Assembly: GCA_023205875.1 (NCBI GenBank)
Contig: CP060756.1
Coordinates: forward strand, 868,001 to 932,000
DNA from: Chloropicon primus
Taxonomy: Eukaryota
DNA: 64,000 nucleotides
Direction: 5' to 3'
Notes under the pieces: model-generated
Told to the model about the DNA's origin: nothing
The model's database searches: none
Seen by the model: only the letters and a program-made list of their open reading frames with translations
In this document: positions 1-9,690 of the stretch, one piece after another
Layout: each line of letters opens with the position of its first letter
Numbering within the stretch: position 1 is the stretch's first letter
Position numbers and translations under genes: made by a program

Positions 1-832
1 CCTCAACGTGATCCCGCGAGCCGCCCTCCGCGGCCTCCCCCCCCGCTTCAGCCCCCCAACCCAAGGCCGCCAGCCGCTTGGAGCCGAACCTCCTCGCCTT
101 GCCCGCCAGGGAGGTCCCAAAGTGCTTCAGCCTGCGGAGTCCCGTGGTCGCGAGGGGCGTCATGTCCGTGACAAAGTCGTACAGGTTGATCCAGAACAGG
201 TGGTCGTCCATGAACCCCAGGGCGGCCGACCTGATGATCCTCGGATCCTCGTAAGTCTTCGTGACCCCGAGAGCCCGCTCCGTGAGGGAGACGTACCTCC
301 CCTCCCTGAAGAACAGGCACAGGTTCACGGTCTTCAGCACGGAGGCGGACAGGGACGCGAGCCAGTACGCCCGCCAAGCCAGGGCCTCCCAGCCCCCCTC
401 GGCCCCCGCCATGTCCCGGGAGCTCGCGAGGGTCTCGAAGCGCTCCGTCAGCCACCTGCTCCCGGGTCCCACCGTGCACAGCAGCACCCGCTGCAGTGGA
501 CTCAGCTCCTTCTGGTACTTGAGACTCAGCATCTCCATCCCGGGCGTGGGCCTGCCGAGGCCCACGGTGAGCGCGAGCACCGCGAGCTCCAGCACGAGCT
601 GCGTCTCCGCACGCACCTTGAGGACCGCCCTCGGTGGCAGCAGGGCGGCCGCACGGGAGAACTCGGTCCTCAGCTGCTGCACCAGGCCATCGTCAATGAC
701 CTGGGCGTCCAAAGCGAGGGACCGCAGAGGAAACAAGCTCGCGGTGAAGGAGAAGACGTCCCTCGCCCCCTCGCTCCCGCTCGTGCTCGGCCCACCGCCG
801 CTCGTGCGCTCGAACTCGTCCTCCCAAACCAT
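1..832 (-). CDS. PEX2: Peroxin-2-like peroxisomal RING protein, N-terminal part (3' end outside window)
   Basis: Not in ORF track (runs off edge). Manual translation from ATG 832: MVWEDEFE...LALDAQVIDDGLVQQL...RPTPGMEMLSLKY...NLCLFFREGRYVSLTERALG...RSAALGFMDDHLFW, matching Pex2/Pex12 N-terminal motifs. Confidence 0.75.
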   Translation of the reverse strand, partial: MVWEDEFERTSGGGPSTSGSEGARDVFSFTASLFPLRSLALDAQVIDDGLVQQLRTEFSRAAALLPPRAVLKVRAETQLVLELAVLALTVGLGRPTPGMEMLSLKYQKELSPLQRVLLCTVGPGSRWLTERFETLASSRDMAGAEGGWEALAWRAYWLASLSASVLKTVNLCLFFREGRYVSLTERALGVTKTYEDPRIIRSAALGFMDDHLFWINLYDFVTDMTPLATTGLRRLKHFGTSLAGKARRFGSKRLAALGWGAEAGGEAAEGGSRDHVE

Positions 833-1045
833 CCTCTCGCAGAGTTCGCAGAGTTCGTCCTGATGGTTTTGAGAGGAGAAAATCAAGAGAAGAGGGAGGC
901 CAGCCCCTTGAGAGGTGGTGATGGTCCGTGGTCCCCTCGATTCAATGGAGAGGGAAAGGGCACACGGCCGTGTGCGCCCACATTATACTTATATTACAAA
1001 CAAACAAACAAACAATCCCCACCAAAAGCACCCGCGCAAAGCTGC

Positions 1046-2169
1046 CTACTTCCCTTTCCCTTTCAGTATTCTGTCCACGAGCTCCTGGAGGGGAGCGATC
1101 TCCTGCGGGACTATCAGGTTGAAGTGGTTCGAGAAGAATATGAAGTGCTTGAAGAGCGAGTTCAAGTGCGCCTCCTCCCCCAGGTCGCAGATCTGGTTGA
1201 AGTGGGAGTGATAAATATGCGCGTAGACTCGGAAGAGCCTCCTGAAGATTTTCTTCACCGTGTCCACAAAGTCTGGCGGGAACGGCTCGTTTGGGGTCAC
1301 CGGGAACACCCTCTCGTTGTCCAGGAGCTCTTCTATCCATTCCATCAGCAGTGCGGTGTACGCCGGAGCGGAAACCTCGATGGGCTTCTTGAACTTCACC
1401 CCATCGGCCCACCGGTACTCGTACTACGATGATAGAGGAAGGAGGTTCAACGGAGTTTGCGTAACGGTCAGGACAAGTCCACTGTTCACGCAGCCAGTCT
1501 CACTCACCTTTGGGCCTGCGGACATGACCGGGCAGGTCTCGTTGGTGCAAAACTCCACGAGCGTCGAGTACAGCAGCATGGTTGAGTTGTAAAAATCTGT
1601 GGTGTTCACCGCGAGCCACTCGTTGAGCTCGATGCCCTCGGGAACAGGTATGGCCTCGTACACGTCCCCGTTGCCGAGAGTTGCATCGATCCTCTGCTTT
1701 ATCTGCGCGCTGTTGGGGCCTTTGCGACGAGCACGAGGGTCAACAGGTAGGTCCAGGCACAGACACAGACACAGACACAGAGGGAGAGTCGTCGTCAGTC
1801 AGTCAGTCGTGGGGTTTCGTTCCTACGTTTGGTCGACGAGGGACGACGCGACGCGAGGCGCGTCTCGCGGTCTCCCGTGACACCAAAGGAGACCCCATCG
1901 ACCTCTCCCTTGAAAACGAAACACCGCGTCGGGGTGAGAATGAGAAAAAGAACACCGTGAAGGGAGAAGATGCGAGGCTCCCTCCAGACACACCCAACCC
2001 CCCACACCCAAACAAACAAAAAGAAAGAAACACGAAGAGACGCGACCCTCGAACGCGTGAATTCTCGCTGAGGGACTCCTCTCTCGTCCCGCTCCTCACC
2101 TGCATACTTCTTCGGTCTGAACGTCCTCGCGTCCCTCGCGAAGTTGAACAAGGACGCCATTGAAGACAT
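1046..2169 (-). CDS. MOB1: MOB kinase activator (Mob1), 3 exons: 2169-2100, 1719-1508, 1423-1046
   Basis: Spliced product ...RTFRPKKYAG|PNSAQIKQRIDATLGNG...LNEWLAVNTTDFYN...CPVMSAGPK|YEYRW...RRLFRVYAHIYHSHF; GT-AG introns 2099-1720 and 1507-1424 restore the frame. Confidence 0.93.
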
Positions 2170-2176
2170 GCACTTT

Positions 2177-2182
2177 TGAGAC

Positions 2183-2233
<51 letters not shown>

Positions 2234-2300
2234 GGAGAGGAGAGAGGGAGAGGGAGAGGGAGGGAGAGAGAGAGAGAGGAGAGAGAGGGAGAGGGGAGAG
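2177..2300. repeat. (AG)n / purine-rich microsatellite between divergent MOB1 and TANGO2
   Basis: Direct reading of long gagaga runs. Confidence 0.9.
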
Positions 2301-2426
2301 GCGCATGGGATTGTCTCAGGATCTTTCGATTTCGATTTCGTACTCACTCGATCCGATTGACCCGGGTGTGAAGAGAAAGATTGATTGATTGATTGATTTG
2401 GGGGCCTCGAAGGACTGTGAGTGGTG

Positions 2427-3362
2427 ATGTGCGTGACGTTTGTGTTGGTGGACAGTTGTGGGAAGACAGTCGTGGCATTCAATCGGGACGAGTTCCTCGA
2501 TCGGGCGACTGCGGCGCCTCACTGGTGGGACCTCGAAGACGAAGGGTTGGGGGAGGATGTGAGAGTGTTCGGTGGAAGGGACCTGCGTGCCGCCGGGAGT
2601 TGGTTCGGCGTGAGCAAGAGCGGCCGGATAGCCTTCCTGACGAACTTCAGGGAGGTGGAGGAGGCGGAGGAGCACGGTAATCGCGACGAGGGCGAACACG
2701 ACGAGGCTGGTGGCGGACCGTCCGCGTTCTTCCGGCTGGGGAAGGTGAACGCCACGAAGAAGAGCAGGGGTGCTCTGGTGAAAGATTATCTCACGGGCAA
2801 GGACAGCCCGGCGGGCTACTGCAAGAAGGTGCGGCAGGAGGACTATAGCGGGTACAACCTTGTGGTCGGGGATCTCACGACGAGCGATTTTGCGCACGTG
2901 TCAAACAGGAAGTGCAGCGGAGTGAGCCCGCTGGAGAGGGGCAAGGCCTTGGGAACGAGCAACGGGCAGTTTGGTGCCTGGTGGAAGGTGAGGAGAGGAT
3001 GCTCCATGCTGGAGGAAGGGTTCCCTTCCCGGGCGGCATCAAAGGACTGGGCCAAGGAAGTCTCCGACTGGATGTTCGGGACCGTGCTGTTGGACGGGCA
3101 GAAAGCGCCCAAGGAAGAGCTGCCACAGACTGGATTCGGCGACGACATCGAGACGCTAAACAGCTCCATTTATGTCAGACCCTTCAAGCGGGGGCCCGTG
3201 GGAGAGTTCGGCACACGGAGTTCGACCGTGGTCCTGTTCCATCACGAGGACAGGACGGTCCATTGGTACGAAAAGACTTTTCTGCACGGCGAGGAGGACG
3301 GCGAGCGGAGCATTTCTCTTCATAAGGAAACTTTCAAAGTCGAGGGGCCGGGCCTGCTGTGA
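2427..3362 (+). CDS. TANGO2/NRDE (DUF833) family protein
   Basis: MCV N-terminus, NRDE motif, GGRDLRAAGSW, LTNFRE, SRGALV, YSGYNL, GTRSSTV. Confidence 0.9.
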   Translation: MCVTFVLVDSCGKTVVAFNRDEFLDRATAAPHWWDLEDEGLGEDVRVFGGRDLRAAGSWFGVSKSGRIAFLTNFREVEEAEEHGNRDEGEHDEAGGGPSAFFRLGKVNATKKSRGALVKDYLTGKDSPAGYCKKVRQEDYSGYNLVVGDLTTSDFAHVSNRKCSGVSPLERGKALGTSNGQFGAWWKVRRGCSMLEEGFPSRAASKDWAKEVSDWMFGTVLLDGQKAPKEELPQTGFGDDIETLNSSIYVRPFKRGPVGEFGTRSSTVVLFHHEDRTVHWYEKTFLHGEEDGERSISLHKETFKVEGPGLL

Positions 3363-3446
3363 CAGACGACTCGGCCAAGAAAAGCAGCTGGCGATTGTGA
3401 TAATACTTGATTGAAATATTATACGTTACTTTAAGTATCCTCCGCA

Positions 3447-6400
3447 TCAATCCTCGTTTTCTGACCTCGACTTCATCTCCCTCTTGTACATGGTCTTGCT
3501 GTGCTCAAGCTGAGTCAAGATGCTTTTGACGTCAGGAAGAACCTTGGACAGAGGCTGGTAGAGCGGGAAAAGCACTGCGTCGATGAATCCGATCTGTGAC
3601 TTGACGATATCCACGGCGTCCCTGTCGCACAGCGGTGACGTGAGGAGCCCAAGCTCCTTCTCCCTGTCACCCTGACTGTAGAACTCTTCCTGGACCACTG
3701 TCGCCCACTTGCGAGCCAGGCTCCAGACTTTCCCTTGGGTGCCGATGTCCGAGGCCTTGATGGCCATCACCAGCACGCTTTCTCTGTCCTTTGGATCCTT
3801 TGGATTGAAAGCCTCCGCGGCATTGCTGCTATCGGCAACCCTACTCCTGAATTTTCCGAGCAGCGCAAAGTGCTTCGACATGTCGGTGGCCAAGACCAGC
3901 GATATGCACAGCTTTCTGAAATTGTAGTGGCGTTCTTCGCTCCAAGCCTCGTCCCAGGCGATTTCAGAATGGTCTCCATTGAGCAACGCAAAAGCTTGCG
4001 CGACGTGCCAGTTCTCGTTGACACTCTGGTTGTTGTACAAGATGGCCCTTTTGTTGGAAGTCCTGACAAGGAAGTCGTTGCTCACGCCAGGATGGTCGAA
4101 GTCGTGAATCATACAAGCGAACAAGGACGCAAAGACCTCGATCTTGGATAGCCGCATCCTTTCCGTGAGCTCCCCCTCTGTGAGGAGCCACAGCATGTTG
4201 TGCAAAACATCCGCGACATGAACGGCGTTGTGGTAAACGTTCTCGGCATGCATCTGACTCTCTATAACTTGGACGTACCTGAAGAACTTCTCTCTGTTTA
4301 TGTCCAAGTCTTCCAGAAGCGTCAGGCTGTTGTACTCGCCAATCTCCAGGCTCTGATGGAAGATGTTGTGAGTGACTGCTAGAATGGGGTGGCCATTGCT
4401 TGCCTCGCTCACTCCAAATATGTTGATGTTCCAGTTCCCTATGTCGGCAAGGTGGATTATCCTGCTTGCTGGAATCCACTGCGATTCACCGGTCGTGGGG
4501 TCTTTCCCGACCCCACTAAGCGATTTCGAGAAGACTTGATCGTTGATCTTGTAGCGCTGCTTTATGTCCTTTGCCTCGCTGACCAAACTCTTTATCGAAG
4601 CGCTCTTTAGAATGTTGCGCAGCACGGGTTCTTCTGAATGAGGTGACTGATCACGGCTGATCGATCTGGAAAAATTCTTTGATCCGCGGCTGGCCCCTCT
4701 GGAGGAAGCTCCCACGTTGTCATAAAAGTTGCTCATGAGGTTGAACTGCAAGTAGTCCGCGAAAGCTTTGTTGTGCTCCTTGACCTTCTCAAACTCGTTG
4801 TTGTTCAAGTCAGGTGACCACAAGCCATCGATGCCCTTGCCTTTCAAAGAGCACATCAAAGCATCTATTAGCTTTGGGTCTACCTTCTTCCCTTCTCTCA
4901 CACTGGCAAGCACGTTCATCAATCTGGACGCGGGGTTGTCCTCCACCAGCTTTGTCCACTTGCTTATGGTCTGGCTGATCTGCTTCTCCTTGCTCAGGTT
5001 TCTCTTCAGCTGCCTGTTCTTAAGGACCAGGAAGCAGATGCTCGCCAGAGATACGAGCACAACACCCAGAATGACCAAAGGGATCTCGAGGGGAGATGTG
5101 GGAAGACCCAGGGACTTTTGGTACATTTTCTGCTGAATGTCCTTGCCATACCGGGAGGTGAGCGTCGTCCATGCTTTTTCTAGCCTTGCCCTCGCCTCTT
5201 CGGCGTCAAGTTTCCCATCGAACAGGTTCAGCAGTACTGACTCCATTGCGCTCTCACCCGTGTACTGGGCTTTCCCGTAGATCGCCAGGTCCTTGACCCC
5301 GTTGGGGTGCTCAAAGACAGACCTGTAGTCCGTCTTCCAGCGCAGGAGAGCTTCGCGGTTCCAATTCTTGTAAACCATGCTCTCGTCGGAATTCGGATCC
5401 TCTAGGTTCTGGAAATGAGAGTACCTGTAGGGATCCAAGAGATTGTACCTCTCCGAGGTGAGCAAAGCCAGGGAATCTTTTGGCCCCGACAAGCTTACGG
5501 CAAAGCTCGTGGCTGCCTCCAGCATATCCGGCTTGGCGTGAGCGTTGAAGGCTATCCCAATTCCACCTTCCGCGTAAAGCGGGGCGCGGTTCACCTGATT
5601 CTCGTCTGCGTAGGGGCACCTCTGGTCGTCGCATTCTTCCATGCTCTTTCCGTCCATCGACAAGACGGTTTTGGTGCCAGGCATCATCTTCAGCCGAAAC
5701 TTTTCGGCGTCCGCTTTCGTCTTCAAGCTCTCGAGGACGGGCTTCAAGGCTCCGTGAAAGTTGAAGGTCAGAGCGCACTTCTCCTCGATGAACATTTTGC
5801 TGGCGTGCTGCCAGCTCGTTTCTCCCACCAGGGAGTGGGTGCTGTGCTCGATCAGCTCCTTGTACAGGTCCAAAATCACAGAATAGTTCGGGGCGCTGAA
5901 CTTTGGGCTCATATTGTTCGGATCGAAGAACATTCCCTCGTCGGTGCCGTACGTCTGCACGAATGGTGCAGCGAACGCAAACAGGAAGGACCCCGAGTAC
6001 CCGTTCGCCTCCGTTACCGCGCAAGCCCCTGCGTCCGGCTCCCCGTCCCCGTTGAGGTCCTTCCCGTGGAGCTTCTTGGCAACCTCGATGTAGTCGTGCC
6101 ACGTCTCGGGCGGTTTCAGACCGTGCTCCTCCAGCATGCGGCTGTTGTACATCATGAAGAAGACATCCGCGTCCACTGGTAGGGCGTAGATCCTGTTGTT
6201 GTACATCGCCACGTTCTCCCGGACTTGGGGAAAGACGTCCTCCCAGTACGAGCTGTCGAGCTCCGACAGGATGGTCGTCAGATCCGCGATGGAGTTCTGC
6301 TCCGCGAAGGTCGGGATCCACGTGGCCAGCGTGCTGTACATGTGGTACCGCCCCATGGACCGCTTCTTCATGTCCTCGTGGGTGGCGGACCTCCACTCGT

Positions 6401-6959
6401 CGAAGGGAACGACGTCGAACTGGACGGTCTTGTTGTACACCTTCTCCACGTCCTCGCGCAAGTTCTCTTCGTAGACCCTCTGGAAGCTCTGGGCGAAAGT
6501 GTCCGGCACGAGCATGCGCAGGACCTCGCCCGAGGCACCCTCGGACCCCGAGGATTCCCCGTGGAGGCCCAGCGTGAGCGGAGCCCTCTCGCTCGTGCCG
6601 GACCCGTGGAACGAGGACCGGGAAAGGGGTATCAGGTGTTCCGCGGCGTACCCGTACAAGGTATCCAGCGGGAGCATGTGCCTGTAATGGTTCGCCAGAA
6701 GCGCCAGGGAGAAGGGCAAGACCACCAGCAGGTAGAACCTCAGAAGCGTCCTGTTCTTCCGCACTTTGTTCTCCACCACCGTCTTCTTCGCCATGGCCCC
6801 GGCCTTCTTCCAAGTCACCCGCTTCGTTTTGCTCTTCCCCCGCTTCGCCGCGAGCCTTCCAGAGTCCGGCGTGTCCGGGGACGTCAGCTCGCCGCCCAGC
6901 GTGCTTTGCGAGCCCATGCTTTGCCCCTCCCGTTCGAACCAGTCTTCCTCGCTCCTCAT
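3447..6959 (-). CDS. Membrane-anchored class I cyclic-nucleotide phosphodiesterase with extracellular sugar-type solute-binding domain
   Basis: TM1 (LLRFYLLVVLPFSLALLA), SBP-like region (YALPVDAD..MMYN..MLEEHGLKPPETWHDY), TM2 (IPLVILGVVLVSLASICFLVL), PDE motifs YHNAVHVADV, IHDFDHPG, ENWH, LATDM, KASDI, EFYSQGD. Confidence 0.88.
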   Translation of the reverse strand: MRSEEDWFEREGQSMGSQSTLGGELTSPDTPDSGRLAAKRGKSKTKRVTWKKAGAMAKKTVVENKVRKNRTLLRFYLLVVLPFSLALLANHYRHMLPLDTLYGYAAEHLIPLSRSSFHGSGTSERAPLTLGLHGESSGSEGASGEVLRMLVPDTFAQSFQRVYEENLREDVEKVYNKTVQFDVVPFDEWRSATHEDMKKRSMGRYHMYSTLATWIPTFAEQNSIADLTTILSELDSSYWEDVFPQVRENVAMYNNRIYALPVDADVFFMMYNSRMLEEHGLKPPETWHDYIEVAKKLHGKDLNGDGEPDAGACAVTEANGYSGSFLFAFAAPFVQTYGTDEGMFFDPNNMSPKFSAPNYSVILDLYKELIEHSTHSLVGETSWQHASKMFIEEKCALTFNFHGALKPVLESLKTKADAEKFRLKMMPGTKTVLSMDGKSMEECDDQRCPYADENQVNRAPLYAEGGIGIAFNAHAKPDMLEAATSFAVSLSGPKDSLALLTSERYNLLDPYRYSHFQNLEDPNSDESMVYKNWNREALLRWKTDYRSVFEHPNGVKDLAIYGKAQYTGESAMESVLLNLFDGKLDAEEARARLEKAWTTLTSRYGKDIQQKMYQKSLGLPTSPLEIPLVILGVVLVSLASICFLVLKNRQLKRNLSKEKQISQTISKWTKLVEDNPASRLMNVLASVREGKKVDPKLIDALMCSLKGKGIDGLWSPDLNNNEFEKVKEHNKAFADYLQFNLMSNFYDNVGASSRGASRGSKNFSRSISRDQSPHSEEPVLRNILKSASIKSLVSEAKDIKQRYKINDQVFSKSLSGVGKDPTTGESQWIPASRIIHLADIGNWNINIFGVSEASNGHPILAVTHNIFHQSLEIGEYNSLTLLEDLDINREKFFRYVQVIESQMHAENVYHNAVHVADVLHNMLWLLTEGELTERMRLSKIEVFASLFACMIHDFDHPGVSNDFLVRTSNKRAILYNNQSVNENWHVAQAFALLNGDHSEIAWDEAWSEERHYNFRKLCISLVLATDMSKHFALLGKFRSRVADSSNAAEAFNPKDPKDRESVLVMAIKASDIGTQGKVWSLARKWATVVQEEFYSQGDREKELGLLTSPLCDRDAVDIVKSQIGFIDAVLFPLYQPLSKVLPDVKSILTQLEHSKTMYKREMKSRSENED

Positions 6960-7240
6960 CCTCCACCCAACGCTCGACTCTCGATTGTCCGTTACTACGC
7001 GGCAAGCGCGTCTTCAGTCTCCGTCGTTCGACCCATGTGGGTCATGACCCTCCCAAAAAAACGGAGGATGGATTGATTGAGATTGGATTGGATTGGAGAT
7101 TGTGGAGCCAAGAGGGAGTTTGGGAGGACTTTGGGCGCCGCGTGGCTCTGAAAGGCGTGATGGTGGCATTAAATTAGAACGGAATTGAAGAATGTACTCT
7201 TGGGTTTTTGCTTGGTTTCCATCTACTGGGGTTTGGCGCG

Positions 7241-8572
7241 TCACGGCTCCCCGAAGCAGCCGTGGGACATTGCGGTAACCATCATGTCCCGGTGGAGGGC
7301 TCGATCGAGGTGGAGGACAAAGTCGAGGCCCTTGGTCTGGGCCAGGTAGGCGCTTCGTCCGTCCTCGCGGGCGGCGTCGTCGAACCAGGCAACGAACGTC
7401 CCCGCGCCGAATGCTGCCGCCGAAGCGAAGTAGCCTTGCTCGACCATTCGCTGGTTGAAGGTCTCAAAGTCACGCTTGAGGGGCGTCAAGATGAACGAGC
7501 TCTTGGCTACCTCCTCCTCGCTGTTCGTGAACCAGGTGATCCACTTCCCGCCCCCGTGGGCGATGGCTTGCAGCCGCTCGCCCCCTTCCACCGCCGCGTT
7601 CAGCTCCCCGAGCAGGTCCGCCGCCGAGCCGCTCCAGGCCCACCTGGAGGAGACCGGGGAGGAGGCGCCCCTCGGCCTGAAGAGCCAAGCGACCCAAGTG
7701 CCCGCCCCGAAGGTGATCGAGCTGGCGACGTACCCCATCCTCCCCGCGGCCTCCAGCCTCCTGGCGAACTCCCGCTCGGACTCCTCGGCGATCCACGTGG
7801 AGTCGGACTCCATTCGCTCCCACCAGCCGATCCACCTGTCCCCGTCGTCCTGAGCGGCGGACACCAAGTGCAGGCCCCTGCCGCCGTACTCGCTCAGGAC
7901 GGACTCGAAGTGCCCGAGGGAGGAGGACACCGTGTAGGCGGCCTCTCCCCCGGAGACGCCCTCGGCCCACCCGTACCAGAGGCAAGCGCCGTCGTCCTCG
8001 CCGGCGAACAAGTCGCGGTGGTCCGAGAACTTGGACACCACCAAATTCTCCCCCGGGGGCTCGACTCGGCCGTGCGACTCGGCCGTACAGGCGCACATCT
8101 GAAGGTGGAGCAGGGCCTCCTTGGGCGTGATGAGGATGTGGGGGTCCGAGTACACCGCCAGCTGCGCGGCGGACGCCAGGTCCTCGATCACCTCGGTCAG
8201 GGTGGACTCGCACTGGTGGCACTGGAGCATGGACCTCGGGAGCTCGCCCGTGTGGAGGGCCCTGAGGCACTTTCCCTGGTCGAGGCCGTACGCTCGCAGG
8301 TGCCTCAGCCTGGCCTTGGCCGACTCGAAGTGCCCGTTGCCGCCGTGAAACTCGCACCCCCCGGCCCCCGAGCTGCAAGAAAGCCAACGGGTCATCTCGC
8401 ACCGCGACCTGCACACCTCCCTCTCCACCTCGCCCCCGCAGCGCCCGGCGCAATCCGTCCCGCAGTCCACGTCCGCGAGGGACGTCTCGTTGGCCCGGCA
8501 GGCAGCACCCAAGCACAGGATCCACACCAACCCGAGTAGGGGGAGACCGCACCAGTTGGCTTTTCCCGTCAT
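7241..8572 (-). CDS. Predicted secreted protein with Cys-rich N-terminus and C-terminal G.G.W..W repeats; function unknown
   Basis: Signal-peptide-like start (MTGKANWCGLPLLGLVWILCLGAACRA), Cys cluster, 4-5 imperfect repeats. Confidence 0.6.
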   Translation of the reverse strand: MTGKANWCGLPLLGLVWILCLGAACRANETSLADVDCGTDCAGRCGGEVEREVCRSRCEMTRWLSCSSGAGGCEFHGGNGHFESAKARLRHLRAYGLDQGKCLRALHTGELPRSMLQCHQCESTLTEVIEDLASAAQLAVYSDPHILITPKEALLHLQMCACTAESHGRVEPPGENLVVSKFSDHRDLFAGEDDGACLWYGWAEGVSGGEAAYTVSSSLGHFESVLSEYGGRGLHLVSAAQDDGDRWIGWWERMESDSTWIAEESEREFARRLEAAGRMGYVASSITFGAGTWVAWLFRPRGASSPVSSRWAWSGSAADLLGELNAAVEGGERLQAIAHGGGKWITWFTNSEEEVAKSSFILTPLKRDFETFNQRMVEQGYFASAAAFGAGTFVAWFDDAAREDGRSAYLAQTKGLDFVLHLDRALHRDMMVTAMSHGCFGEP

Positions 8573-9117
8573 CGTAACGGCCCGGCCGTTACGCAAGCGA
8601 CCGGCGCCCGGCGTCCGCGCGGGGGGTGGGATCGTCTCCCTTTCCGTAAGGCGAGGGCGTCGATCGATCGGCGGGCGCGCGCCGAGGAGGGTCTCCGTTC
8701 TGGCTTTCGTTTTCGTTTTCGTTTTCGTTCGCTCATTCTCCTCCCTTGGTCAAACCTCCGACAGGCCCAGTCCAGCATCTCGATGCTGCTCGAGGAGAGG
8801 GAGCAATTCAGCAATCGCGGAGAGGAAGATTGAAGATTGAAGGTTGGCCGTGATTGCGGAGAAGGGGGTTTGGGTTTGAGGGACGGCGGCTGGGCGTGAC
8901 GTCGTTTGGGAATGATGGTCGAGACAGTGGCCGAAATTAAGGCTGAAGGACGATTGGTTGAGGTTAGTGCACCCGTCGTCGTGGCGGAGTTCAGCCGGCG
9001 TCAGGAGGGGGAAGGGAGGGAACTTCCCGGTGCGGTGGCGCGATCAAACAGCGTGGACTGCCACTGCTGCTTCGTCTGCGTTGACTCCTGCTGCTGGTTG
9101 TCGTGACTAGTAGTGCG

Positions 9118-9573
9118 ATGGGCGACAAGTCCTTGGGGACCTCCGACCTGCTGGAGGTCCTGAAGCGGCTCCGCTCGCGCAGGAGGGAGCTGGAGAGGGA
9201 GCTGGAGAGGGAGGCCGAGGAGGAGGTCGGAGGTCCCCAACAGGGGAGCGAGGACTTGGGTAGGAGCGTGAGCTTCAAAGTCCGGAGGAAGGTGCGCCGC
9301 TTCAAGTCCGAGGACGAGGTCGTCGTGCCAACCTACCCCATTCACTGCGAGGGAAGGACCATCAGGGGGATCATGAAGCGTCCCTCCCGAGGCCTCGACG
9401 GCGGGACGAGGAAGAGAGGCACGCACACGCCGTGCTCCTCCGCCAGAACGATCGAGACCGTGTGCAGCTGCAAGTGCTCGGCGAGGCAGTTCTCCCTTTC
9501 GGCGAGGGAGCCCCTCGTGTCGGACCATATTGGCATCGCCATCAACATCGCCGAGGGCGAGAGGGAACCGTAA
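9118..9573 (+). CDS. Hypothetical protein (~150 aa)
   Basis: ORF with host-like GC3 bias, from MGDKSLG; no recognisable family. Confidence 0.45.
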   Translation: MGDKSLGTSDLLEVLKRLRSRRRELERELEREAEEEVGGPQQGSEDLGRSVSFKVRRKVRRFKSEDEVVVPTYPIHCEGRTIRGIMKRPSRGLDGGTRKRGTHTPCSSARTIETVCSCKCSARQFSLSAREPLVSDHIGIAINIAEGEREP

Positions 9574-9589
9574 CAAATTCATCATTTCA

Positions 9590-9665
9590 ACTAAACACTT
9601 GCTTGCATCCGCGGTGAGCTCCTCTGGAAGCGAGGCTCAGTCTCACCCCATCATTGTTTTGTTAG
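9590..9665 (-). promoter_or_regulatory. Candidate SECIS element in 3'UTR of the SelU-like gene
   Basis: Minus strand ATGAT-GGGGTGAG-ACTGAG-CCTC-GCTTCCA-GAGG-AG-CTCACCGC-GGAT: AUGA/GA quartet, helix II and CCTC/GAGG mini-stem. Confidence 0.7.
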
Positions 9666-9690
9666 TTTATATATTTATTTATGTCATGCA

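Noticed and set aside
8..1432. 474-aa plus-strand ORF and the many other long antisense ORFs (e.g. 28139-30772, 62676-63968)
   Set aside because: Shadow ORFs of real genes caused by high GC3 on the opposite strand
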